Under the pieces are notes generated by a model. It was not told the origin of the DNA. It searched no databases and saw only the letters and a program-made list of their open reading frames with translations. Positions 1-9,557 of a DNA stretch of 64,000 nucleotides are shown here, piece after piece (within the stretch, counting starts at the first letter, position 1; every line of letters begins with the position of its first letter). Both the position numbers and the translations under genes were made by a program. Source of the stretch: a virus (taxonomy: Duplodnaviria; Caudoviricetes). The DNA lies in the IMG/VR virus record IMGVR_UViG_3300029288_000065, positions 128,001 through 192,000 of that record. One strand, written 5' to 3'.

Positions 1-1
1 G

Positions 2-808
2 AGGATTTCAAAAAAATCAAGAAATTTACAACCTATTTTTATAAATCCAAAACTTACAAAACTTGAACCAAAAAGTATCGTTGAATCAAAAAATCATTTA
101 TTTTTGAGAAATAATTTATATAATACTAATCCATGTTTAGTTCATTGTCCTAATATAGGAAATTCATTGAACAAATTTCCAAATTTATTATTCCTCCAAG
201 ATTTTTTGGATCGGCCAGCAGTAAAAATAGACAGTAGTCAATATACTATTATATTTTATAATAACAAGAAAAATTCTATTCTTCAAAAAAGTATGCAAAG
301 ATGGAATTTTAAAAATATAATACATTTAGGGCAGGATCAGATTTGGGAAAATTTTATGCAAAGAATAAAATTATTAATTCAATCATTTTCAAAAATAAAA
401 ACTGAATTCTTTTTCTTTCTTGATGCTTTTGATGTTGTAATATGTAATGATTTAACTCAAGCTATAAAATCATTAACATCGAAAAAATGTGATGCATTAT
501 ATAATGCAGAAACAGCTCAATATCCAATTGACTTTTGTACAAAATCATTTGAAAGATCCATTATTAAAGAAAATCCACAATGTTTTTTAAATGCAGGTGT
601 ATCAGTTTGGAAGACCAAATTTTTTAAAGAAATTATGTCTGAATTTTTGGAAACCAGTATTGATAATGATCAATGTGTAATAAAGTTATTATATCAAAAA
701 TATTTTCCACGTATTCAAATTGACTCAAACAGTGAATCTTTCCAAGTTATTTCACCACCAAATTGGGGTATATATATGAGACCTTATTTGGAGATTTTAA
801 AATGTTAA
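2..808 (+). CDS. PLOD/LH3-GT-like glycosyltransferase (GT-A), 5'-truncated by the window edge
   Basis: Frame is open from position 2. Motifs FLDAFDVV (DxxD), YNAE..YP, FLNAGV, DNDQ and IQIDS..FQ match procollagen-lysine GT-domain-like proteins. Confidence 0.7.
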   Translation, partial: RISKKSRNLQPIFINPKLTKLEPKSIVESKNHLFLRNNLYNTNPCLVHCPNIGNSLNKFPNLLFLQDFLDRPAVKIDSSQYTIIFYNNKKNSILQKSMQRWNFKNIIHLGQDQIWENFMQRIKLLIQSFSKIKTEFFFFLDAFDVVICNDLTQAIKSLTSKKCDALYNAETAQYPIDFCTKSFERSIIKENPQCFLNAGVSVWKTKFFKEIMSEFLETSIDNDQCVIKLLYQKYFPRIQIDSNSESFQVISPPNWGIYMRPYLEILKC

Positions 809-1593
809 AATCAATGATAAAACCTGGATTTCCGAAATTACGTCGGCAATTTGTTTCTCCTACTCTTTCGAAAATTCAAAAATCCGGTGCTATTGTTTTA
901 ACTGCATCTTTTATTGCTAATACGCCTACTCATGATCATAAAATTAAAGATGAATACAATAGAATTAGACAATATATATATTGTTTGCTTTCTTGGCCAA
1001 ATACTAATATACAAGACATAATATTTTGTGAAAACAATATAAAATTCCCATTTGATTTTAACGATTTGATAAGTATCTGCAATTCTAAGGGTACAAAACT
1101 TGAAATTCTTAGATTTGATAGTTCAAAACAAGATAAATATAAAGGATATGGTTTTCTGGAACATAATATTTTAAAATATGTTTTTGAAAATTCAAAATTT
1201 TTATTAAAACATAAAAATTTTTTTAAAGTGACAGGTCGTCTATTTATAGAAAATTTTAATGAAATAAATACAATGAATTTAACCAATAATAATGTATTTT
1301 CAAAATGCTATTTTGACAATCGTTTTTTGGATACAAGATTTTTCAAAATGTCATGTGATTTTTTTAGAGAAAATTTATATAATATACCTGAAGATCGTTT
1401 TGATTTTGCCAAAAATCATATAGAAAGTGTGTATACGCAACACATAAAAGACTTTGATTTTTTCAAAGAGAAACCAATAATTGTTGGTAGAGAAGCTTAT
1501 CATAATATTATTTATGATAAGGATTATTCTCAGGAACTGATCACATTTTCACAAAAATTTATCCCAGAGAGACCAATTAACCAAAAACGCTAA
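802..1593 (+). CDS. Glycan-biosynthesis-associated protein (GT-like)
   Basis: GGAG precedes ATG 802. Motifs LTAS, R..QY...L, IIFCEN, KGYG.LE and FFKVTGR are typical of a conserved polysaccharide-locus/phage family. Confidence 0.55.
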   Translation: MLKSMIKPGFPKLRRQFVSPTLSKIQKSGAIVLTASFIANTPTHDHKIKDEYNRIRQYIYCLLSWPNTNIQDIIFCENNIKFPFDFNDLISICNSKGTKLEILRFDSSKQDKYKGYGFLEHNILKYVFENSKFLLKHKNFFKVTGRLFIENFNEINTMNLTNNNVFSKCYFDNRFLDTRFFKMSCDFFRENLYNIPEDRFDFAKNHIESVYTQHIKDFDFFKEKPIIVGREAYHNIIYDKDYSQELITFSQKFIPERPINQKR

Positions 1594-2248
1594 GAACCTT
1601 CGCCAATCTATCACTTAAAGCAGGTCTCACGACATCACGATGTGATCTCTTAGGATGAAAATGCACCACTCTGGCTGGTAATTGCGCGGTCTTAAACCTT
1701 TCCTGAAAACCAGTCACACCAATATTATATGTATTATCCAAGAAAGTAACCCTATCATTCTCGGAAAGAACCTCAAAAAGCGCCCTTTCCTCTCTTGGAT
1801 AATTACATTCCATGATTCTGTTTGTAACTTTCTCAATCAAATCTTTTGCTGAATCCCTAAGGAAGATACTCCCACCAGCCAATCTCTTGGTTGGGTATTT
1901 ACAAAGTGCCATATCTTTAAATTCTGGTTCTTCAAAAAATACATTCTGCCAAGCATCCAAATCGTGTAACCAGATACTGTCATTTATTGGTAAAATTTTT
2001 AAAATCCCAAATAATTTGCTTCCAGTTGGACAAATTTTATTCAATTCATAGACTCTAGATGCTATTCCTTGATATTCATATGGGAAATTTGATATTATTA
2101 TTATATCATCTTTTTCCCATCCTAGTGATAAACTATTTTCTATCTGTAATTCTAGATATTTCTTCATTCGTGCTATAAATCGCATTGAATCTTGGACTTT
2201 GTATATGTCTTCTACTGGTTGGATATTGACGACCATGACGTTTTTCAT
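1577..2248 (-). CDS. GT-A (GT8-like) glycosyltransferase
   Basis: HDLDAW (DxD), GGSIF, EERAL, LDNTYN and VVHFHP occur in the GT-A order. Confidence 0.6.
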   Translation of the reverse strand: MKNVMVVNIQPVEDIYKVQDSMRFIARMKKYLELQIENSLSLGWEKDDIIIISNFPYEYQGIASRVYELNKICPTGSKLFGILKILPINDSIWLHDLDAWQNVFFEEPEFKDMALCKYPTKRLAGGSIFLRDSAKDLIEKVTNRIMECNYPREERALFEVLSENDRVTFLDNTYNIGVTGFQERFKTAQLPARVVHFHPKRSHRDVVRPALSDRLAKVLSVFG

Positions 2249-2895
2249 ATATCATACTTTAATTTCAACGTGTCTTCCCAAACTTTTTCTTCTGATTGTT
2301 CCGCATCTATGAATTGAATAGAATGTGGGCGTTCCCAGTTTCTCATTAGGTGGAGTGCGTTGTCCCAGAGTGTAGAAAGTGGGCGAGATATCTCTGTATA
2401 GGCATTACTTACTGCTTCGAAGTAGGTATCCCCTCGGGATTCTATCTTATCCAGGGTTGCTCTTGTTTGGATGCGTTTTTTGGCTATCTCCCATTTACAG
2501 AGATATATTATTAGTAGGTCAATTCGTGGTGTTTCAATCATCTTTTGAAGTTCAAGAAATCGTGAATCTAATTTTCCTGCTGCATATCCGTAGGCCAATC
2601 CTCCTATTAGATTGGATCTGTCACAAATTACTATTTTTCCTTCTTCTAGGGCTGGTTTGTGGATTTGGTTTGTGAAGCTAGTTAGGTCTGCCAGCATTAA
2701 TATTTGTTCTGTATATCTGTCTATTGTTACTTCTGGATCGTGTTTTACCAGGTGTCTTATTTTTTGTCCTAAGATGGTTGCTCCTGGATGTTTGGTATGG
2801 ATTGCTGTGTCACCCAGGTGGTTTTTGAGCCTGAGGCTCATGGTTGATTTGCCGCTTCCATCTATTCCTTCGAAGACTATGGTTTTCCCTGTCAT
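2245..2895 (-). CDS. tmk: Thymidylate kinase
   Basis: IVFEGIDGSGKST P-loop, VICDR, LAYG, DKIES. Confidence 0.93.
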   Translation of the reverse strand: MTGKTIVFEGIDGSGKSTMSLRLKNHLGDTAIHTKHPGATILGQKIRHLVKHDPEVTIDRYTEQILMLADLTSFTNQIHKPALEEGKIVICDRSNLIGGLAYGYAAGKLDSRFLELQKMIETPRIDLLIIYLCKWEIAKKRIQTRATLDKIESRGDTYFEAVSNAYTEISRPLSTLWDNALHLMRNWERPHSIQFIDAEQSEEKVWEDTLKLKYDI

Positions 2896-3104
2896 GTTTG
2901 TTTGTATCCTTTTTGTTTGTATCCTTTTATTTCACTACCGTCTTTCATATGGATTAGGACAAAATGTGGTATTCCTAGTGATGATGGGCAATATCCAGAA
3001 TTTTTTCTGGCCCAAGAGATTTCTTCGGGGTTTACCAGAACTCTTTGATATGATGCGTCTGGTCCTGGTACTTTATTGTCGATTGGGCCTATTTCAATTA
3101 GCAT
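2892..3104 (-). CDS. Hypothetical protein
   Basis: 4-nt overlap with the tmk start; C-terminal KGYKQ tandem duplication. Confidence 0.55.
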   Translation of the reverse strand: MLIEIGPIDNKVPGPDASYQRVLVNPEEISWARKNSGYCPSSLGIPHFVLIHMKDGSEIKGYKQKGYKQT

Positions 3105-3118
3105 AATTCTTAAATACT

Positions 3119-3152
3119 GCGCGGCCCCTGATAGCCAATCCAGGGGCCGCGC
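3119..3152 (-). terminator. GC-rich hairpin, probable terminator
   Basis: Perfect 12-bp inverted repeat gcgcggcccctg / caggggccgcgc just after the 3159 stop; U-tail is weak. Confidence 0.6.
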
Positions 3153-3158
3153 TGTTAA

Positions 3159-3989
3159 TTACGACAGCCAATCCTTCTTCTCTAATTCTTGGATGTCCAA
3201 AGTTTTGGCTTCGGGTGGTATGGTGATATTGAAGATGGTTTCATTGTATTGTTGGTCCATAAGTACTTCACTGAAGTTGAATGTAATTTTGGCATCCTCG
3301 GTTACTGAGAAGGATACTTGGTGTGGGATTAGTTGTCCGTTTATTGTTTTGTAGTTGTCGAAAGAAATAATTCCTGTTAGGTCGCCGTTTTCGTCGTATT
3401 TGTAGATGTTTGTTATGATGATTTTTCCATCTGTTGTTCGTCCGAACACTACTTTCTTTAGTACTTTTACTATGTCTCCAGTGGTATTGATGACTACCAT
3501 CGTATTCTTTTCTCGGATATATCTCCTTTGCGTTGCGTTGGCGTCCCACGCGTTTGGAAACATCAGAGAGTACCCACACAGCTCTGATGTTAGTAAAGAG
3601 AACCAGCTTTTTAATTTACAGACGTCTACTTTGCTTCCGGTGAATACTACGTCCTTTCTTGGAAGGAATATTGTTGCTTTTTCTCCTGTTACTGAATAGT
3701 CTATTACTTGGGCTATTTCTGCGTAATTTATTCTGATTCTGGTGCTTTGGTTGGTGGTGAATACTACTGCATTTAGGTTTGTGTCTTTCCCTTTACTGTT
3801 TATGACTACTGTTCCTTTTACTAGGAGGTTGTCTAGTCCGTAGCCGCGTGTTTCCATGTCACAGATTTGTTGGTGATCTGTGTGGCTCGTGACTGCTGTT
3901 GTGAGGGGTATGTTGTTCATGGCTAGGTCTTGGGACAGACATAGACATGGTGATGCCACTACCGCGAGTAGCAGTAATTTCGTATTCAT
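3159..3989 (-). CDS. Secreted LolA-like/DUF4292-like protein
   Basis: AGGAG RBS; signal peptide MNTKLLLLAVVASPC; C-terminal FDNYKTINGQLIP..V and FNITIPP motifs of LolA-fold proteins. Confidence 0.55.
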   Translation of the reverse strand: MNTKLLLLAVVASPCLCLSQDLAMNNIPLTTAVTSHTDHQQICDMETRGYGLDNLLVKGTVVINSKGKDTNLNAVVFTTNQSTRIRINYAEIAQVIDYSVTGEKATIFLPRKDVVFTGSKVDVCKLKSWFSLLTSELCGYSLMFPNAWDANATQRRYIREKNTMVVINTTGDIVKVLKKVVFGRTTDGKIIITNIYKYDENGDLTGIISFDNYKTINGQLIPHQVSFSVTEDAKITFNFSEVLMDQQYNETIFNITIPPEAKTLDIQELEKKDWLS

Positions 3990-4006
3990 CGTGTCTCCTG
4001 TTTGTC

Positions 4007-4720
4007 TCACTTCTTGGGTGGTGGGAATTTTTCGCCTAAGGTGGAATTCACCCTAAGCTCTTCGGTTGCTGATTTCTCCTTTACGGCTTTCTGTAACTCC
4101 TGGACTGTAGTTGTTAGCTGTCGAAATGCTTGATCTTGTCTCGTTGCATTTTCTTTGATGCTTGAGACAATGGTTTCGACATTCTTATTAGAGGACACAC
4201 TCGTGCTGAGTGATGTCAGTGCTGTTTTGATTTCTGTCAGGTCTACTGGTCCTCCTTCCTTTGGGATGGAATCGAGCTTCTCCCCCAGACTTACGATCTG
4301 TTCTTGGACTTTGGCGAATTTCTGGTTGACGGCATCAACCAGCTTGTTCATGTTCTGGCTTGTTCCGTCAAGTGAAGTCGCAATTGTCCCCAGTGCGTGT
4401 TCTGTTCTCTGTGTTGCCTCCTTACTTGGTTCAACGCGTAGAACGGTTGGTGTTTGCGGAGCTTGGGCTGGTGCTGGTGCCATCTTTTGTTGCATGTTTT
4501 GGAGTACGGTCTGACCTGTGATTGTCAGGTAGTGCCCCAAAAAGATTGCAAAGAGACAAATCAACATGAAAACAGCTGCCCACAGAAATGGTAAGCCACG
4601 TTGTTCTTGATGTGGTTGGAAGGCACCTGCGACCTTATTGGTGAAACTTTCTCTCAGACCTTCTTTCATTTCCTTTGCCATTACTGCACTACTCTTGGCA
4701 ACTTCATTTTGTTGTTCCAT
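4007..4720 (-). CDS. Single-pass membrane coiled-coil protein
   Basis: GGAG RBS before MEQQ; hydrophobic FLWAAVFMLICLFAIFLG followed by a heptad-rich region. Confidence 0.7.
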   Translation of the reverse strand: MEQQNEVAKSSAVMAKEMKEGLRESFTNKVAGAFQPHQEQRGLPFLWAAVFMLICLFAIFLGHYLTITGQTVLQNMQQKMAPAPAQAPQTPTVLRVEPSKEATQRTEHALGTIATSLDGTSQNMNKLVDAVNQKFAKVQEQIVSLGEKLDSIPKEGGPVDLTEIKTALTSLSTSVSSNKNVETIVSSIKENATRQDQAFRQLTTTVQELQKAVKEKSATEELRVNSTLGEKFPPPKK

Positions 4721-4925
4721 CGTACTCTCCTTTTTGTGATGATTTTTATCGCACCCGATAATTCTACCTGTTCTCCGAATTTGGTGAAGTATCGGATATT
4801 GACAACAGCGAACCAATGCGTTGTCTCATCGTACATCCTCCTCTATGTGTTATCAGGGCCTCAGCCCTGAAAGTACAGAAATCGGTCCATCAAATACATA
4901 CATTACGAAAATGTTGTTACATATT

Positions 4926-4950
4926 CTATCTTATTTTTGACAAAATGCAA
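4926..4950 (-). promoter_or_regulatory. Promoter TTGCAT-N14-GATAG(AAT), overlapped by a 12-bp inverted repeat (4928-4939/4963-4974)
   Basis: Intergenic; also reads as TTGCAT-16-TAGAAT. The repeat atcttatttttg / caaaaataagat could be an operator. Confidence 0.55.
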
Positions 4951-5003
4951 GTATTCAGAAACCAAAAATAAGATTATCAAACATCAATATTGACATTCAT
5001 CCG

Positions 5004-5378
5004 TTAGAGAGCTAATGAATTTTTGATATGTAATATATTTACTCTTTTGAAAATAACATCATCATGCCATTTGCCATCATAATTCGTCTTTACACGGTCA
5101 AAATACTTCAATTTTTGCCAAGTCTCAGCCAAAACTCTGACATCTTCGACATCTGACCACCCGGAAACATACTTGCCGGCTAACCACGGACTTCTTTTCA
5201 ATCCGACCCAATCACAAATATCACTCATCATACCCTGCCAGGACCAAGAAAAACCAACATCCAACTCCTTAAAAGACTGACAGAAAGGTCTATCAATCTG
5301 ATTATAAAAGTAAACGCAAAAACTATCCCAAAGTTTCTCAGGATCAACTTTAGGATCACGAATATCAATGTTCATCAT
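5004..5378 (-). CDS. DP-motif family protein (N-terminal motif type)
   Basis: ATG 5378 overlaps the stop of the upstream Zn-finger ORF; begins MMNIDIRDPKVDPEKLW. Confidence 0.7.
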   Translation of the reverse strand: MMNIDIRDPKVDPEKLWDSFCVYFYNQIDRPFCQSFKELDVGFSWSWQGMMSDICDWVGLKRSPWLAGKYVSGWSDVEDVRVLAETWQKLKYFDRVKTNYDGKWHDDVIFKRVNILHIKNSLAL

Positions 5379-5548
5379 TCGAAAATCCCGTACAAACCAA
5401 GATGTGCATTGGCCAAAGCTTGGAGTCGAACAATGTAAAAATCTTGCTTTCGAAGTCTCTCCAAACAATTTCTACACAACCAAAAACCACAAAGCTGGAT
5501 TTCAGCTTCTTGTTCCCAACCATTATCAAGACATGCTCTACACTTCAC
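5375..5548 (-). CDS. Small zinc-finger protein (57 aa, not in the ORF track)
   Basis: GTG start after GGAGG; MKCRAC...LCRNCL gives two CxxC; its stop overlaps the next ATG. Confidence 0.65.
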   Translation of the reverse strand: MKCRACLDNGWEQEAEIQLCGFWLCRNCLERLRKQDFYIVRLQALANAHLGLYGIFE

Positions 5549-5549
5549 C

Positions 5550-6353
5550 TTATCCCTCCTTTTTATAGTTCGCCTTTATGTTGGCATCCGCGTAATCCCA
5601 GAACTTGTTCTTGATGTAGTATCTCTGATTCGCGGCTGTCACCTTCTTGAGAATCTTTTGTAGGAGATCAGTCCATTTGATCTTCTTGTGAATTTCCGGA
5701 TTCCACCTTGGATCAACCACTCCGATCTTTAGCTTTCCGGTTTTCCCACAGAGCATATCAACCACGTCCAATGCTTCCTTTTCGTCCATGATTGGCTCGA
5801 TACTTACCCAGGTTTTTTGTCCATCTTTGTGGGCTTGCCAGATCGCGTCAACTCTGCTCTGGATGCTGCTTGCGTTTGGCTCCCAGATTTGTCTTTGTGT
5901 TTCACTTGCCCAGACTATTGTCGTTGCTAGTTCGGTGTCATATCGCCGGATTAGGTCGTAGTCGTTTGAGATTGCCATTCCTGGATTTTTGGTTAGGATC
6001 GTTACTTTCATGTTGTTTTCGCCGAGGATTTCCAGAACTCGCCTGGTCATTCTCCATTCTTGTTCTAGAGGTTGGTATGGGTCGCTGGTGAAGCTTAGGA
6101 GGACTCTTCGTTTGTCATTTTTCATTTTCTTGGCTTTGTTGGTTAGTTTTCGGAAGAAGATCTTTTTCTTTTCATCGAAGGTTGCATCTGTTGGTCCGAT
6201 TAGTCCGAGTGTTGAGTCTACTTTCTTTCCTCCGATCATTTCCAGGAATCCTGGTACGTAGCAATATTTGCAGTTGTGTCCGCATCCTTTGTAGTAGTTT
6301 AGTGCCAGTGGGGCGTATTCCAGGGCTGGTCCTTTTGGTGCGTAGATTGGCAT
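5550..6353 (-). CDS. Radical SAM protein, SplB-like/COG1533 family
   Basis: NYYKGCGHNCKYCY (CxxxCxxC), TSDPYQP, ILTK, SIEP; AAGGAG before ATG 6353. Confidence 0.85.
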   Translation of the reverse strand: MPIYAPKGPALEYAPLALNYYKGCGHNCKYCYVPGFLEMIGGKKVDSTLGLIGPTDATFDEKKKIFFRKLTNKAKKMKNDKRRVLLSFTSDPYQPLEQEWRMTRRVLEILGENNMKVTILTKNPGMAISNDYDLIRRYDTELATTIVWASETQRQIWEPNASSIQSRVDAIWQAHKDGQKTWVSIEPIMDEKEALDVVDMLCGKTGKLKIGVVDPRWNPEIHKKIKWTDLLQKILKKVTAANQRYYIKNKFWDYADANIKANYKKEG

Positions 6354-6396
6354 TTCGTTCTCCTTGTTGATAATATATCTCAGCGCGGCCATTCTT

Positions 6397-6921
6397 AAAT
6401 TCCACGTATTTGAGTCTCTATGAAAGCAAACGATTTCTGGTTAAGGTTGATTGAAAAAGCGAGATTTCTCCATCCACGACGCATTTTTGTTGTATCGTTT
6501 GGATTGTATACTGCTTTCAATAATTGTAGAAGTGGAGAAAGACGACCACAAAATCCCAATCCTCTTCAAGAACTCTTATATTTAATGAATAAAACAGAAG
6601 AAATATCGACATTAATTGCTACTCCTGCCAATAGCGAAAAACAAGATCGTTTTTTAAATGAAGTTGCGGTCTTAAAAAGAGAAGCAATTGTACCAAGAGT
6701 TGAGGTTAGAATACATCCACATAATCATTCGAAAATTATAATATTCATTTGTGGTAATAAATTAAGTGATGTACACATTTGGAATGGTAGTTTAAATTTC
6801 AGTAGTTCAAATAATAATCATTTTTATGACTTTTTATCAACTGTTACACTAAAAGAAGAAAAGATCCAGAGTCTCACTCTTTGTACGAAGATTCTTAAAG
6901 AATCAAAAATTCCACGTATTT
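6397..6921. repeat. 15-bp direct repeats flanking the PLD-like gene
   Basis: aaattccacgtattt at 6397-6411 and 6907-6921. Confidence 0.8.
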
Positions 6922-6923
6922 AA
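6420..6923 (+). CDS. Phospholipase D-like (single HxK motif) nuclease
   Basis: HSKIII...WNGSLNFS matches HxK...GSxN; the canonical Asp is absent. Confidence 0.65.
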   Translation: MKANDFWLRLIEKARFLHPRRIFVVSFGLYTAFNNCRSGERRPQNPNPLQELLYLMNKTEEISTLIATPANSEKQDRFLNEVAVLKREAIVPRVEVRIHPHNHSKIIIFICGNKLSDVHIWNGSLNFSSSNNNHFYDFLSTVTLKEEKIQSLTLCTKILKESKIPRI

Positions 6924-6958
6924 CTTCCGAGAATTTGGTACGTTAAAGGAGATAAAAA

Positions 6959-7147
6959 ATGGAAAGAACGCTTGATGCCACGATTGCAGATGATCTCCTA
7001 TCCAGGATAAACCCAAGTACGCAAGCAGACAGGCTGAGTAATGCCGTACGAGCTTGTAACATGGGTTCAAAACAGGCAGAGAGAGTAATACTTCGGGGTC
7101 TTGAACTCGTAGCGAAAGAAGCGAAAGAAAAGAAGGAAGAAAAATGA
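6959..7147 (+). CDS. Hypothetical protein
   Basis: AAGGAG RBS; ATGA overlap with the next ORF. Confidence 0.6.
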   Translation: MERTLDATIADDLLSRINPSTQADRLSNAVRACNMGSKQAERVILRGLELVAKEAKEKKEEK

Positions 7148-7290
7148 CGCCAGAAGAATTCCAACAGATTATAGCACGTCTGAATGAAGAACACGAAGAA
7201 AACAACAAGAAAATAGATAGAAGCTTCCGAAATATGATGATCTTACTGGTGGTGGTAGTAGTATTAGCATTAATAATTATGTGTATTTAA
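7144..7290 (+). CDS. Small membrane protein (48 aa, not in the ORF track)
   Basis: MTPEEFQQII...MMILLVVVVVLALIIMCI with a C-terminal TM segment. Confidence 0.55.
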   Translation: MTPEEFQQIIARLNEEHEENNKKIDRSFRNMMILLVVVVVLALIIMCI

Positions 7291-8353
7291 GAACATCACC
7301 AGAATAATACATCTCAATCTTCTCAATTACTTCCTCAGCAGAAATCATATCCATACACTTAGCAATAGAAATTGGACCCTTTTTTACCGGAGAAGGACAG
7401 AAATCAGTGACATCAGACTTATCATTGTCTCCTACTTTTTGACATCTGCTCTTCCAACACCCCCCATTATTGCAACACCACATAGTACCAACTCTATGGA
7501 GATATTGATGAAAAGGATAAGCCTCCCATTGAACAGGTTCTCTCCCACCAGCAATAACAATACAAGGACGGTGATTTGGTAATCTATTCCCAAAATTATC
7601 AACATCTCTCATTGGTGTAGCAGCAGCCAAATGCATAGCGAAAGTAATAGGACAAATCACTCCAACACTATGATACATTAAACGAACGAATTGCCTAATA
7701 TCAGTCTTCCCGACCAAATTAAGAACACCTTTCAACTTGGGATGGAAGTGATTTTTCTCACCACATTGTACGAACAATATTTTCTTTCTAAAGTGATCAA
7801 CAATCTTTTGATATTTCTGCGGGTCCCACCATTTGGTTGTAAAGTCAAATTTTCCACCAGCCATTAAAATCCAAAAATTTCTCTTTATCCCTCTTTCTTC
7901 TATTTGTGACATCCATCCTCGCTCTTCATCAGATAAGTGGATATCACCATTAAATTCAGTCATCGGTATTCTTATCCCCAATTTATTTTCCAGATCTTGG
8001 AGATATCCATGGATAAAGTGATAAGCACTGGAATTACAATAATTTATTGATGCTGGAAACTCACCATCATACACACATTTTATAATCTCTATTTTCTCAA
8101 ATTTTCTTATTTTAAATTTATGTTCATGGATCATTTCTTCATTCGATCTAACTTCCTCATCTGTATTCTCAACATCAAACTTCTTCCATTTGAGACTCGT
8201 AATATACGGATTGTTCTCGAATAGTTCTGGTACTGATGTTTCTATATCTGTTTTGAATTGTTTTGGATAGGCTTTGTGGAGTTCGCGGACTGCAGCCGTC
8301 AGCATCAATATATCACCAGGTGACAAGTGACATACAAGGAGTAACTTGCGCAT
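7277..8353 (-). CDS. GT9 (ADP-heptose:LPS heptosyltransferase-like) glycosyltransferase
   Basis: SPGDILMLTAAVRELHKAYP, KWW, NLVGKTDIRQ, MHLAAA, GGREP. Confidence 0.85.
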   Translation of the reverse strand: MRKLLLVCHLSPGDILMLTAAVRELHKAYPKQFKTDIETSVPELFENNPYITSLKWKKFDVENTDEEVRSNEEMIHEHKFKIRKFEKIEIIKCVYDGEFPASINYCNSSAYHFIHGYLQDLENKLGIRIPMTEFNGDIHLSDEERGWMSQIEERGIKRNFWILMAGGKFDFTTKWWDPQKYQKIVDHFRKKILFVQCGEKNHFHPKLKGVLNLVGKTDIRQFVRLMYHSVGVICPITFAMHLAAATPMRDVDNFGNRLPNHRPCIVIAGGREPVQWEAYPFHQYLHRVGTMWCCNNGGCWKSRCQKVGDNDKSDVTDFCPSPVKKGPISIAKCMDMISAEEVIEKIEMYYSGDVLKYT

Positions 8354-8393
8354 AATTTTGAAATACGATATAATTTCAGCCGGAGGATTCTCA

Positions 8394-9149
8394 ATGCATA
8401 AGAAGACGCGCATCTGGTGGACCGACATCGAAAAAGAGGAAATAACAAAACGAGCAGCCAATATCATTTTTAAGAACCCCGGTACTTCTCAACTTGATGC
8501 TCTACGTCGTTCCCAGGAGTCTTTCCTTCCCAAGGAACGACGACGTGTAGTGATTACTATTTCTTCCGTTCCTTGGTTTCCTGAGCTTTTGAATAAGGAA
8601 ATGGACGCCTTGAAGAAGGCTTTGGCTCAACCTCCTGAGAGGGAGGTTATTGAGCAAGTTATCTTCGAACCCATGAAGTTGACTGAAGTCCCTACTGAAC
8701 ATTTGATTTCTGAATTGATCCGGAGAATCTTGACTGCAGGTGGAAGTGGTCTGGTTTCTCAAGTAAACAATACCATTGCCCAGACGATCCACAACGAGTT
8801 GCCTGGTGCCATTTCGAGGTTGCGTGAGAAGACAAATGTTGTTTCTAGGGAACATCTGAAGAAGATTTTGGTTATTGGTCTTCTTCCTGAGCAAATCAAT
8901 GAAGTTCAGAAGATGTTTGATACTAGTTTTGAGTTGTCTTTCTGGACCGATGGTGATTCCAAGTCTCTGCAGCAGAAGGCTCCACACCAGGATAAGATCT
9001 ATATTATGAAGAGGTTTATTAGTCATAATGTGTATGACATGTTGAAGTCTGCGAAGGTGTCATACACGATTGTTCCTGGTGCTACGTCTGAATTGTGTGC
9101 CGTGATGGAGAAATATTTCTTTGAATTAAATCCTCTTACGGCTGGATGA
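8394..9149 (+). CDS. Hypothetical protein with DUF2325-like C-terminal domain
   Basis: GGAGG RBS and upstream TTGCGC-17-TATAAT; KILVIG...RFISH...VPG..SEL pattern. Confidence 0.6.
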   Translation: MHKKTRIWWTDIEKEEITKRAANIIFKNPGTSQLDALRRSQESFLPKERRRVVITISSVPWFPELLNKEMDALKKALAQPPEREVIEQVIFEPMKLTEVPTEHLISELIRRILTAGGSGLVSQVNNTIAQTIHNELPGAISRLREKTNVVSREHLKKILVIGLLPEQINEVQKMFDTSFELSFWTDGDSKSLQQKAPHQDKIYIMKRFISHNVYDMLKSAKVSYTIVPGATSELCAVMEKYFFELNPLTAG

Positions 9150-9152
9150 GAT

Positions 9153-9557
9153 ATGACAAGTTCAATTGATATAGTATTAAGATTGGTCCGAAAAACACTC
9201 CAAAGGTACAAAATTAAATATCTTGAATCCTCATTTGCCTTGCAAAAAAAGAATAAAATCATTTTTATACAGTTTAACAAACAGGTAAAGAAATGCCGCA
9301 AATGTGCTCAACAAGATGAAATTAAAATGACGCAAAGAACAGAACATAGCCAAAACACATATTTCTGGGTACATGACCATGGGCAAAATGAATTTGAATT
9401 AGGATTTAAATATTATCTCTGGCCTGAACCGTTTACAATAAAATTCTTCCAGCATCAAACTTCTTTTAATTTGTGTGATCCAAAATCATTTCAAAAAATT
9501 CACGAATTCATTTCTCCGCATTTACGCAAGATAAGGAGAAAACCATGTGGGTCTTGA
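9153..9557 (+). CDS. DP-motif family protein
   Basis: C-terminal FNLCDPKSFQKIHEFI. Confidence 0.65.
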   Translation: MTSSIDIVLRLVRKTLQRYKIKYLESSFALQKKNKIIFIQFNKQVKKCRKCAQQDEIKMTQRTEHSQNTYFWVHDHGQNEFELGFKYYLWPEPFTIKFFQHQTSFNLCDPKSFQKIHEFISPHLRKIRRKPCGS

